Source of the DNA: an uncultured delta proteobacterium
Lineage (GTDB): Bacteria > Myxococcota_A > Polyangia > Fen-1088
Length of the DNA: 64,000 nt
Assembly: GCA_963767925.1 (NCBI GenBank)
Contig: CAVYGB010000008.1
Coordinates: 1,184,001-1,248,000 of the forward strand
Direction of reading: 5' to 3'
The stretch's first letter is position 1. The number at the start of each line of letters is the position of its first letter. Below, piece after piece: positions 15,055-26,165 of this stretch. The notes below the pieces were generated by a model that was given only the letters and a program-made list of their open reading frames with translations, did no database searches and was not told where the DNA came from. Both the position numbers and the translations under genes were made by a program.

Positions 15055-15621
15055 TCATTGCAGGGACTCCAGGCACAGGGCGGCTTCGGCGCTGTCCCAC
15101 TTGGCCTGGTAAAAGAGCTGCTGCAGCTTCCCTGCGGAGTCGATCAGGAAGGTCTCGGGATACTTCTCGGTCCCGTAGCGCTTGGGGACCTCCTTGTCGG
15201 CATCCAGGAGGATCGACAGCGAGGTCCCGCGGGGGAAGAACTTCTTCACCGTCTCCCAGTCCTCGTCGAGGCTGACCGTGAGGACCTTGACCCGATCGCC
15301 GGACCGCTTCGAGCAGATTCTCGAGGGAGGGCATCTCCTCGACACAGGGGGGGCACCAGGTGGCCCAGAAGTTGAGCAGGACCGGCCGGCCTCGCAGCTC
15401 CCGCAGCGACAAGGCCCGACCGCTGGCGTCCTTGAGGGAGAAGTCCGGGGCCGGGTCGCCCAGCTTCACCTTGCCCGCCACCATCTTCTGGGGAGTGAGC
15501 GCCCGACAGGCCTCCGTCCGCATGGACCGGGCTCGATTCCCCGCCGCGTGGATGAAGCGGGCGGCCAGGAAGGCGACCGCCGGGACGACGATCACCAGCA
15601 CGGCGAGACGCCGGCGCTTCA

Positions 15622-15622
<1 letters not shown>
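15055..15622 (-). CDS. TlpA/ResA-like disulfide reductase, membrane anchored; one apparent frameshift near 15310
   Basis: N-terminal TM, APDFSL, LLNFWATWCPPCVEEMP, YPETFLID; ATG overlaps the upstream stop (TGATG). Confidence 0.88.
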
Positions 15623-18225
<2,603 letters not shown>

Positions 18226-18357
18226 GTGCGACTCCGTCTAGAGCTCGATTGTCCACGGTAATACCCGATGACCCCAGGCCCAGCAACAAGACCAGCAACC
18301 CGGAGTGGTTTCTTGCGTCGATCCGGCTTCACGTGCTATGGACGGGCCCCTCGTATC

Positions 18358-18430
<73 letters not shown>

Positions 18431-18531
18431 CATACACCCTCCCCCCGCTCGGGGGAACCACCATGTAGGCGCGCGGGCCCGATGTCGGGCCGGCAGCCGC
18501 AGGGTGGACGCCCGGAGCGTCGACCCCGGGC

Positions 18532-19473
18532 TCAGACGTAGTTGAGCCCGTAAAAGGGCAGCGGGAGGTGGGCGTACGCCTCGGTCCACCAGGCCGCGCT
18601 GAAGGGGAAGCGGAGCTCCTCCCGCGGCCAGCCCAGGGCGCGGGCGGCCTCCTCCAGGCTCAGGTCGTGGGGAGGTACGACGATCTCCAGGGCCCCCAGC
18701 CCGAGGGCGCGCATGAGGGTAGGGGCGGCCTCGGCGACCGCGGCGCGTTCCCCGGCGACCTCGAGGACCCGACCGGTAGGAAGGGCCGCCTCCGAGGGGC
18801 GCAGGCTGGCCACCGCGGCATAAGCCACCCGCCGGCCCCCCCGTTCGATGACGAAGACCTGCCCCGGTGAAAAGAACAGGATGCCCGCGGCCAGCAGGCG
18901 GCTCCAGTCTTCCGGCGACCGCTCGAACCGGACCGGCTCGGCGGCCTGAAGCGCCCGTACGTCGTCCAGGGCAGACGGCCCGTACGGAACCGGTTTCACC
19001 AGCGGCGGACTGATCGGCCGGGCTGGCGCCCCCGAGACGCGGTAGCGGAGACAGGGCGGGTAGGGGGCCAGGCCGGCCCGCAGGTAGAGGCCACGGGCCC
19101 CCGACACCAGAGCGAGATCGGCGCCCAGCGCGCGGGCTTGCCCGCTGGCGGTGGCGAACACCCGGGTGGCCAGTCCGCGGCCCTGGTGCTCGGCCTCGGT
19201 AAAGACCGCCCCGAAGCAGGCCACCCGGATCCGCTGACCCGAGATCGCCGCCTCCCGCAGCACGAAGCCGACGTGGGCCAGAAGCTCGCCGGAGTCGCTC
19301 TCGGCCAGCCACAGGTTCCCGGCGTTGGCCGGCTCGAACAGCAGCGGATAGTCGCGCCCCATGGAGCCGAGGCCCGGACGCAAGGGGGTGCGGAACACAC
19401 GATCCGCAGCGGCGACGATGCGCGGCAGGTCGTCCGGGGTGGCCGGCCGGATGGCGGGTCGCTCGTCGTTCAT
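18532..19473 (-). CDS. GNAT family N-acetyltransferase (Eis-like length)
   Basis: IRPATPDD, GAVFTEAEHQGRGLA acetyl-CoA binding motif, RGLYLRAG. Confidence 0.85.
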   Translation of the reverse strand: MNDERPAIRPATPDDLPRIVAAADRVFRTPLRPGLGSMGRDYPLLFEPANAGNLWLAESDSGELLAHVGFVLREAAISGQRIRVACFGAVFTEAEHQGRGLATRVFATASGQARALGADLALVSGARGLYLRAGLAPYPPCLRYRVSGAPARPISPPLVKPVPYGPSALDDVRALQAAEPVRFERSPEDWSRLLAAGILFFSPGQVFVIERGGRRVAYAAVASLRPSEAALPTGRVLEVAGERAAVAEAAPTLMRALGLGALEIVVPPHDLSLEEAARALGWPREELRFPFSAAWWTEAYAHLPLPFYGLNYV

Positions 19474-19503
19474 CCCTGCGCCTGGCCGAGCGGGGACGTG
19501 CTA

Positions 19504-20103
19504 ATGAGGGCCATGGCCACCACCCTGGGCCGAGATATTCGCACGATTCCCAACCTGATCACCCTGTCTCGGATCGTGCTCATGTTGATAGCCACCGCCC
19601 TCTATTTCGGGGGGCGGCAGGGCGTCGCCATCGTGCTGGCGGTGCTGGCCGGCGTGACCGACTACCTGGACGGGGCGATCGCCCGCGCGACCGGACAGGT
19701 CACGCGGCTGGGCGAGATCCTCGACCAGTTCTGCGACCTCTGTTACGAGTCGCTCGCGTTGACCGTCGCCATCCAAGCCGGCTTTTTCCCCCCCTATTTC
19801 ATTCTGCTCTACCTTTTTCGGGAATTCTGGGTGCTCAGCATCCGCCGGTCGATGGCCCACGCCGGCAAGAACATCCCCAGCAGCTTGCTCGGCAAGCTGA
19901 AGACGAACTTCGTGATGTGGGGCTTTCTGCCCACCTTCCTTGCGCTCAGCGGCGTCTTCCCCGCTGCCACGCCGTTCCTGACCCAGGCCGGTCGCATCAT
20001 CGTGGGCGCCGGGCTGGTGCTGAGCTACCTCAGCGGGATCGGCTACACGCGCGCGTTCGTGGCCGGCTACGAGTCGCTCGGCGTCCCCCGCCGGTCGACC
20101 TGA
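19504..20103 (+). CDS. CDP-alcohol phosphatidyltransferase (PgsA-like)
   Basis: IPNLITLSRI, TDYLDGAIAR...T.LG.ILDQFCD signature, GKLKT. Confidence 0.9.
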   Translation: MRAMATTLGRDIRTIPNLITLSRIVLMLIATALYFGGRQGVAIVLAVLAGVTDYLDGAIARATGQVTRLGEILDQFCDLCYESLALTVAIQAGFFPPYFILLYLFREFWVLSIRRSMAHAGKNIPSSLLGKLKTNFVMWGFLPTFLALSGVFPAATPFLTQAGRIIVGAGLVLSYLSGIGYTRAFVAGYESLGVPRRST

Positions 20104-20137
20104 TCGGCCCTTGGGCCGCTCGGTCGCCGAGAGCGCG

Positions 20138-20212
20138 CGGCCGTTGGGGTCGAGGAGATTGCGCGATACCGCTCAATTGGGCGCGCGCAACCACCGGCCG
20201 TTTTTCTTTTTT
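20138..20212 (+). terminator. Probable intrinsic terminator after the PgsA-like gene
   Basis: Nested inverted repeats CGGCCG/CGGCCG, TTGCGCG/CGCGCAA and GCTCA/TGGGC followed by TTTTTCTTTTTT. Confidence 0.5.
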
Positions 20213-20249
20213 GAGGTAGCGGTTTTCAAACCGAACAGATGATTTTCCG

Positions 20250-20680
20250 AACGGAGGGTGGCCGACCTTTGCGGGATCGAGCGCCCCGCTTCGGGAGTGC
20301 CGACCAACAGTCGGGAGCGGGAACCGACCGATGGCGCCACCCGCCTGGCACCATCCACCAGGAGCAGCGGAACGGCCGAGGTCAGAGACCGGAAGGCCCG
20401 GGAACGGCTTGATCTCCGCAGTTCTGCTGCTCCTGTGGATTTCCTCTCCACAGCGCGCGAGGAGCGGTTCGCTCCGGGCCTTGCGGCGGGAGCCCTTCGC
20501 TCAGGACGCGTTCATTCTGAATTGGCGCCGCAATCGGGTAAGGAAGAGGTGCAGCGCCAGTTGCTGCCGGTTCTCGGCGCGATTGCGCCGGATGTGAGGC
20601 CCCCTGTTGCTTCGTCTGGTAAACGAATGAACAAACGTCGATTCCGGCGATAAGTGCCAGATTACGTTGCCACATCTTCC
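20250..20680 (+). ncRNA. Candidate structured non-coding RNA, family not recognised
   Basis: Several stems, including a rod at 20353-20440 whose helical mismatches are G-U on the + strand; no convincing ORF. Confidence 0.35.
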
Positions 20681-20740
20681 GCCGCAGCCACGACCGCCCC
20701 GGGCAGGCCCGGGAGAGCGGTGGGGGCTGCTGCCCGACGG

Positions 20741-21094
20741 TCAGCGCTTCTTCTTCTTGACCGGCTTCTTGGGGGCGCTGCGGGTGGCCTTCTTCGCCGG
20801 CTTTTTCTTCACCGGCTTGCGCGTTGCCACTTTCTTTTTCTTCTTGCGAGCCGGGGCCGACTTCTTTCGTTTCTGTCCACCCACGGCGCGTTTTGCCCGG
20901 GATACATCTCCGTCTCGGTCGACGAAATAGATGTAGTTGTTGTCCATTTCAAAGCCGCCATCGGCGACCCGTTCGGGCTTTCCTTTGGGGACTCCAGGCT
21001 GCTTTCGTCGGACGCGCCAGACTGACCCGTCCTTCACGTAAAGCATGAAATCCTTGTCTCGCGAGATTCCGAGCTTTGCGACTTTTTCGGCCAT
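20741..21094 (-). CDS. Small basic protein with an internally duplicated domain and a histone H1-like Lys-rich tail
   Basis: 117 aa; repeats EKVAKLG..YVK-DG.V and ERVADGG..YFVDRDGDV; tail KKKKVATRKPVKKKPAKK; purine-rich RBS-like sequence and sigma70 promoter upstream. Confidence 0.8.
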   Translation of the reverse strand: MAEKVAKLGISRDKDFMLYVKDGSVWRVRRKQPGVPKGKPERVADGGFEMDNNYIYFVDRDGDVSRAKRAVGGQKRKKSAPARKKKKKVATRKPVKKKPAKKATRSAPKKPVKKKKR

Positions 21095-21142
21095 TTTCTC
21101 CGCCCTCCGTCGAAAAAATGTGGCGAAACGAGCAGGGGTGGC

Positions 21143-21170
21143 ATCGTATCCGTCGGAGAATTCGTGTCAA
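21143..21170 (-). promoter_or_regulatory. Sigma70-type promoter for the Lys-rich protein gene
   Basis: Minus strand TTGACA (21170-21165), 16-nt spacer, TACGAT (21148-21143). Confidence 0.7.
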
Positions 21171-21224
21171 GGAGATTCCCGGCGGATTTCCTCGACGGTG
21201 CGGCGCCAGCGCCCGAATTGAATG

Positions 21225-22139
21225 TCACGATTTCGGGCTGGTCTTCCGGATCGGTTTCAGCGCCGTCTTGCCTGACATCTTGCCCGCTTTTTTGCGGAAT
21301 TTCGGCCGGGCCACGTAGATGTGCTGCTCGACTGGCTCGAGGGTGGACGGCTGCAGCGGTCGGGCGTCGAACCCCCCGAAACTGGAGGCCAATTCCAGGT
21401 CTGCCCGGGCCAGCAAGCGCACCACCTCGTCGGGGGAGAGTTGCCGGTGGCACAGTCGGTGGACCCGTTCGGGACCCCGGCGGTTCCCGCGGGCGTCGAC
21501 GGGCTGGTAATAGAGGCGGATGTGCAAGGCTCGCCGGATCGGGTCGTAGCGGTGGTTGGTGGTGTAGATCAGCCGCTCGCCGGTGGTGGGGTGCCGAAAC
21601 TGCGTCCGGGCCCAGCGCCGCTCGGGATCGCGGGCGATCCAGGCCGGATCGGGGGGCAGCAGGTCGAAGGCGAACCAGCCGTCGGGCACCAGGGCCCGTC
21701 GGACCGCCCGGAAACACGCGATCAGATCGCGGTCGTCCACCAGGTGCTGCAGGCTGTGGAAGGCGGAGATCACGAGGCCGAACCGCCGGTGCAAGGCGAA
21801 CGATCGTATGTCGGCGCGCAGAAGCAGCGCGCGAGGGCGGCGCGCCGGCGACAGCCGGGAGAGGCGCCGGGACGCTCGAACCAACATGGCCTGCGATCGA
21901 TCCAGCCCCACGACCGCGTGCCCGTCACGCAGGAGGGGCAACATGAGCCGTCCCGTGCCGCAGGCCAGGTCCAGGATCGGTCCCCCGTCGCGTTCGCGCC
22001 GTTCCTCGGCCAGGCGGCGGTAGAAGTTCACGTCCACCCGGCGTCGCCGGTATTCGAAGTCGTAGAGGGTCGCGTCCTCGAAGGGCTCGCGGGCGCCCGC
22101 TTCCTCCTCGGCGCGCGAAAAACTCGGCCTTGGGGGCAT
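21225..22139 (-). CDS. Class I SAM-dependent methyltransferase
   Basis: ILDLACGTGR, VGLDRSQAML, RADIRSF, ALVPDGWFAFD. Confidence 0.88.
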   Translation of the reverse strand: MPPRPSFSRAEEEAGAREPFEDATLYDFEYRRRRVDVNFYRRLAEERRERDGGPILDLACGTGRLMLPLLRDGHAVVGLDRSQAMLVRASRRLSRLSPARRPRALLLRADIRSFALHRRFGLVISAFHSLQHLVDDRDLIACFRAVRRALVPDGWFAFDLLPPDPAWIARDPERRWARTQFRHPTTGERLIYTTNHRYDPIRRALHIRLYYQPVDARGNRRGPERVHRLCHRQLSPDEVVRLLARADLELASSFGGFDARPLQPSTLEPVEQHIYVARPKFRKKAGKMSGKTALKPIRKTSPKS

Positions 22140-22174
22140 GGTCGGGCCCGAGTATAAGTGCCCGGGCGACGGAC

Positions 22175-22897
22175 ATGGCAGCAAGTGAGACGAAGGCCGG
22201 TAGCGGGCCCATCGCGGCCGTGGTGCTGCTGTCGGGCGGCCTCGACTCGGCGACCGCGCTCGCCCTCACGCGCGCGGCGGGCCGGATCTGTCACGCCCTC
22301 AGCTTCCGCTACGGCCAGCGGCACCAGCAAGAGCTCGCCGCGGCCGCCCGGCTGGCGCAGGTCCTCGGGGCGGCGTCCCACCACGTGGTGACCGTCGATC
22401 TCGGCCAGCTCGGGGGCTCGGCCCTCACGGCCGACATCGCGGTCCCCAAAGGCCGCAGCCACGCGGAGATCGGCGCCGGCATCCCCGTCACCTATGTGCC
22501 GGCCCGGAACACGCTGTTCGTGGCCCACGCCCTGGCCGCGGCCGAGGTGTGGGGCGCCCAGGAGATCGTGATCGGCGTGAACGTGCTCGACGCCTCCGGC
22601 TACCCCGATTGTCGGCCGGAGTGGGCGGCCGCCATGCAGGAGACGATGCGCCTGGGGACCCGGGCGGGCGTGGAGGGTCGGCCCATCCGGCTCGTCACGC
22701 CCCTCATCGAGATGAGCAAGGCCGACATCATCCGGGCCGGCACCGGGCTGGGGGTCGACTACGCGTTGACCCACTCCTGTTACGACCCGGCCGAAGACGG
22801 GGCCGCCTGCGGCGCCTGTGATGCCTGCCTGCTGCGCCGCCGCGGCTTCGAGGAGGCCCAGATCGCCGACCCGACCCGCTACCGGGGGCCGGGCTAG
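22175..22897 (+). CDS. queC: 7-cyano-7-deazaguanine synthase
   Basis: LLSGGLDS, YGQRH, TYVPARN, GYPDCRPE, SCY...CGACDAC. Confidence 0.96.
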   Translation: MAASETKAGSGPIAAVVLLSGGLDSATALALTRAAGRICHALSFRYGQRHQQELAAAARLAQVLGAASHHVVTVDLGQLGGSALTADIAVPKGRSHAEIGAGIPVTYVPARNTLFVAHALAAAEVWGAQEIVIGVNVLDASGYPDCRPEWAAAMQETMRLGTRAGVEGRPIRLVTPLIEMSKADIIRAGTGLGVDYALTHSCYDPAEDGAACGACDACLLRRRGFEEAQIADPTRYRGPG

Positions 22898-22929
22898 TCG
22901 GGCCCGAGCGAAGCGAGGGAACCCGACTA
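22895..22929. repeat. Short REP-like palindrome or bidirectional terminator between convergent queC and pcnB
   Basis: TAGTCGGG...CCCGACTA enclosing CCCGAGCGAAGCGAGGG. Confidence 0.45.
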
Positions 22930-22952
22930 CTTCGAAAACAGTCCCTGGCCTC

Positions 22953-24506
22953 CTACGGCTCGGTCGTGTTCCAGCGGCCGCCGAAGGCCCCCGTGCCCAA
23001 AAAGACCGGGCGGTGGTCGGGAGCGGCGCCCAGGCGGGCCAGGTCGGGGATGGGGGTCCGTCCGCTGGCGGTCAGCGCCGCCACCGCCACCGTTCGTTCG
23101 GGGCGGTCTCCGCGTTCGGGGCGGTCTCCGCGTTCGGGGCGGTCTCCGCGTTCGGGGCGATCCGGGCGGGGGCCGGCCGGGCCGGCCGATTCGCCCCGAT
23201 CCCGGTCCCTGTCCCTGGGACCGCGGCGGCGTTCGAACTCGCTGGGCGTCTCCAGCTCCCGGGCCAGCCGCTCGTCGGCCTCGGCCGAGATCGGCACCAG
23301 CTCGCCCTCGGCCAGCAGGGGTCGGCCGGCCAGCCGGGGCTCGACCGCCTCCGCGTCGCTGACGATCTCGTGCAGGCGCAGGGCATCGTCGAGGAACTCC
23401 CGACCGGCGAAGCGGGGGCGCCTGCGCCCGGCGTTGCTGGAAGGGAAGATGTAACGCATGGCCAGCAGGATCTGCCGGGCCAGCTCGCTGTCGCGGCGGG
23501 AGGCCCGCACCTGCTCGAGGATGGGGGCGATCGCCTGCACCACGAGATGGCCGATGTCGCGCACGTTGTTGGTGTCCGGGTGCAGGGCGTCCCGCAGCGT
23601 GGGCAGCAGTACCGTGGCGAGGATCAGCGAGTTCGAGGGGGCCGAGTCACGGCGGGCGGTGGAGCGGTCGAGCGCGGCCAGGTAGGCCTGCAGCCGGTCG
23701 CGGGTCATCCGGGCCTCGCTGCCATCACCATCGAGCGCCTCGCGCCCGCTCTGCTCGAGGATCGTGTCGAGAGCCGGCACCAGCAGGCGCAGGAGGCTGG
23801 TCCGTTGCAGCAGCTCGATCGAGCGCCACGCCGCCCCCGCTCGCAGCAGGCGGTAGAACTCCTCCGAGACGCGGGCCTGGGCACACTTCTGGATCTCGCC
23901 AGCGTGCTCGAGCATCCGCCGGTAGGTCTCGGGCTCGATGCTGAGGTTGCAGCGGGCGGCGAACTTCACCGCCCGCAAGATCCGGATCGGGTCCTCCCGG
24001 AAGCGGATGTCAGGGTCCCCGATGGTCCGGACCAGCCGGTCCTGCAGGTCGACCATGCCGTTGACGTAGTCGATCACCTGGCCGGTCTCGAGGTCGTAAA
24101 ACAGGCCGTTGATGGTGAAGTCGCGCCGGCGGGCGTCCTCCTCGGCGGTGCCGAAGACGTTGTCCCGGCGAATCAGGAGGTCCTGGTTGTCGCTCTCCGT
24201 GCTGGCCTCGCCGGGCTCCTCCTCCGTGTCCCGGGGGTTGGCCCGGAAGGTGGAAGTCTCGATGATCTTCGAGCCGAAGAAGATATGGGCCAGCCGGAAG
24301 CGGCGACCGATGATCCGGCAGTTGCGAAACAGCCTCCGGAGCTCATTGGGGGTGGCGCTCGTCGCCACGTCGAAGTCTTTCGGCTTCAGGCCCAGGAGGA
24401 GGTCGCGCACGCAGCCGCCGACCACGTACGCGGCGTGGTCGAAGCGGCGCAGCCGGAGGACCACTTTCGCGGCGTCGGGGTCGATTTGATCCGGAGTGAT
24501 TTGCAT
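22953..24506 (-). CDS. pcnB: Poly(A) polymerase I
   Basis: VGGCVRDLLLG..PKDFDVAT, PAP signature IIGRRFRLAHI, RRDFTIN, REDPIRILRA. Confidence 0.92.
   Translation of the reverse strand: MQITPDQIDPDAAKVVLRLRRFDHAAYVVGGCVRDLLLGLKPKDFDVATSATPNELRRLFRNCRIIGRRFRLAHIFFGSKIIETSTFRANPRDTEEEPGEASTESDNQDLLIRRDNVFGTAEEDARRRDFTINGLFYDLETGQVIDYVNGMVDLQDRLVRTIGDPDIRFREDPIRILRAVKFAARCNLSIEPETYRRMLEHAGEIQKCAQARVSEEFYRLLRAGAAWRSIELLQRTSLLRLLVPALDTILEQSGREALDGDGSEARMTRDRLQAYLAALDRSTARRDSAPSNSLILATVLLPTLRDALHPDTNNVRDIGHLVVQAIAPILEQVRASRRDSELARQILLAMRYIFPSSNAGRRRPRFAGREFLDDALRLHEIVSDAEAVEPRLAGRPLLAEGELVPISAEADERLARELETPSEFERRRGPRDRDRDRGESAGPAGPRPDRPERGDRPERGDRPERGDRPERTVAVAALTASGRTPIPDLARLGAAPDHRPVFLGTGAFGGRWNTTEP
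23095..23159. repeat. 18-bp tandem repeat (3 full copies plus a partial) encoding ERGDRP repeats in the PcnB tail
   Basis: CGTTCGGGGCGGTCTCCG x3 plus CGTTCGGGGCG. Confidence 0.9.
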
Positions 24507-24573
24507 GAGATGGCGCTCCGACGGGTAGCACGCGGCGCCCGCTGCGGCAAGAACGCCGAGTCCCGGACGGGCG

Positions 24574-25017
24574 TCAAAAACTCGGGGGTAAGGGGCCGTC
24601 GAGGTCGATCCTGGCGGGGGGCTGGGCATGGGAACTTCTGGCCCGGGCGGTCCGGAGACCGGGGGGACGTGGCCGGACCGCGCCCCGCCGGGTGGGGGCA
24701 GCGACGGCGCTGGGCGCCGGCGCAGCGACGGCCAGCGGGGTGGCAGGGGGAGGGCTGATCGTCGCCAGGACGGTCTTCTCGGGGGGCGGCCCCGACGGGG
24801 CGCGCGGCGCAAAGGCCAGCACGACCGCCAGCGCGCTCAGGAGCGTCACCACCGCGCCCAGGGCCACCTTCCGGCGGGGCGGCAGGCGCGGGCGGCTGTC
24901 GGCCGGCAACCCGGCCAGCTCGGGCTCCGGGATGGCCAGGGCGGGGAGGTGGATGTCGCGACCCAGGACCGTTCGCCTGGGAATCCGGCCTGCCGGTCGG
25001 TGCTCCGAGTGACCCAC
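24574..25017 (-). CDS. Hypothetical single-TM, Pro-rich protein
   Basis: Fills the gap upstream of pcnB; TM VALGAVVTLLSALAVVLAFA followed by a Pro/Ala-rich region. Confidence 0.45.
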   Translation of the reverse strand: MGHSEHRPAGRIPRRTVLGRDIHLPALAIPEPELAGLPADSRPRLPPRRKVALGAVVTLLSALAVVLAFAPRAPSGPPPEKTVLATISPPPATPLAVAAPAPSAVAAPTRRGAVRPRPPGLRTARARSSHAQPPARIDLDGPLPPSF

Positions 25018-25124
25018 CCTGATTTGCGTTCCCCCCCTTACATGAGTTTAGCCGAAATCGGCGGTTTTGCCGTCGGCCCGGACGCCGGGTGGGGTGTCGG
25101 GTATATACTGCGCCGCTCCTGTCG

Positions 25125-26165
25125 ATGCGCGTTTGCTTCGTGGTCAATAGCGTCCGTACCCAGCGCTCGTCGTACACGACGGTCCACCTGGGTTTTGCCG
25201 CACACAGGCGGGGCCACGACGTGGCGTTCGTCTCGGTGGATCACCTCTCTCACGACGGGACCCACGTCTGGGGCAACCTCGTCCGGGCCCGCGGCGAGCG
25301 GCCCCGCAACACCGTGGCTTACGTCAAGGGTCTTCGCTCGGCCGACGCCTCCAAGGAGCAGGCCCGGCTCGACGACTTCGACGTGGTCTTCCTGCGCAAC
25401 AACCCCCACGTCGGCGGGCCCGAGGGGGACGGCTTCAACCCGGCCATCGAGTTCGGGCGCCGGCTCAAGCAGAGCGGGGTAATGGTGTTCAACGACCCCG
25501 ACGGCCTGGTCCGGGCGGGCTCGAAGATGTACCTGGCCGGCTTCCCGGTGGAGATCCGGCCCCGCACCCTGATCACCCGCTCGGTCGAGCGAGTGCGCTC
25601 GTTCCTGCGCGAGCTGGATGGCCCGGCGGTCATCAAGCCGCTGCATGGCTTCGGCGGGCAGAACGTCTTTTACGTCGGGCGCGGCGAGCGGGTGAACCTC
25701 GCGCAGATCATCTCGACCGTGAAGAACCAGGGGTACTTCATCGTCCAGGAGTACCTCCCCTCGGTGCGCCACGGGGACAAGCGGGTGCTGCTGCTGGGGG
25801 GGGTCCCGGTCCTGGTGGACGAGCACTGGGCCGTCTACAAGCGGATGCGGCCCAAGGACGACAACCGCAACAACATGCACGTCGGCGGGGCCCGTCGCTC
25901 GGCCAGCCTGAGCGAGGGGGAACGGCGGATCTGCGACCTGATCCGCCCCCGCCTGGTCGCCGACGGCCTGTATTTCGTGGGCGTCGATCTGGTCGGGGAC
26001 CGCATCCTCGAGATCAACGTGTTCGCCCCCGGCGGCATCCACAACATCAACGAGCTCTACAGCGTGGACGTGGCGGAGGCCGTGGTGCGGGATCTCGAGC
26101 GCAAGGTCGAGCTCAAGCGGGCGTTCCGGGAGCCCTTGCCCCCGCACGTCATCATGCGGGCGTGA
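25125..26165 (+). CDS. gshB: Glutathione synthetase-like ATP-grasp ligase
   Basis: DVVFLRNNP, NDPDGL, SKMY, VIKPLHGFGG, VQEYLP...GDKRV, GLYFVGVD, EINVFAPGG. Confidence 0.75.
   Translation: MRVCFVVNSVRTQRSSYTTVHLGFAAHRRGHDVAFVSVDHLSHDGTHVWGNLVRARGERPRNTVAYVKGLRSADASKEQARLDDFDVVFLRNNPHVGGPEGDGFNPAIEFGRRLKQSGVMVFNDPDGLVRAGSKMYLAGFPVEIRPRTLITRSVERVRSFLRELDGPAVIKPLHGFGGQNVFYVGRGERVNLAQIISTVKNQGYFIVQEYLPSVRHGDKRVLLLGGVPVLVDEHWAVYKRMRPKDDNRNNMHVGGARRSASLSEGERRICDLIRPRLVADGLYFVGVDLVGDRILEINVFAPGGIHNINELYSVDVAEAVVRDLERKVELKRAFREPLPPHVIMRA

Noticed and set aside
20375..20410. GTCAG..CC-GGAA-GG resembles SRP (4.5S) RNA domain IV
   Set aside because: It lacks the conserved CAGG and the downstream AGCAG of the symmetric loop
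20173..20675. ORFs 20258..20653 (+), 20331..20597 (+), 20173..20451 (-) and 20382..20675 (-)
   Set aside because: Atypical codon usage, no motifs, no clear RBS
20200..20680. RNase P RNA, tmRNA or 6S RNA
   Set aside because: GAGGAAATCC (minus strand) and GGTAAAC-like words occur, but not in RNase P order, and there is no terminal AGAACCCGGCTTA-like motif; no tRNA-like ends; no 6S-type central bubble identified
23095..23159. CRISPR-like repeat
   Set aside because: Contiguous 18-bp in-frame coding repeat with no spacers and no cas genes
22953..24506. CCA-adding enzyme (tempting because the tRNA-Phe lacks CCA)
   Set aside because: It carries the poly(A) polymerase signature IIGRRFRLAHI
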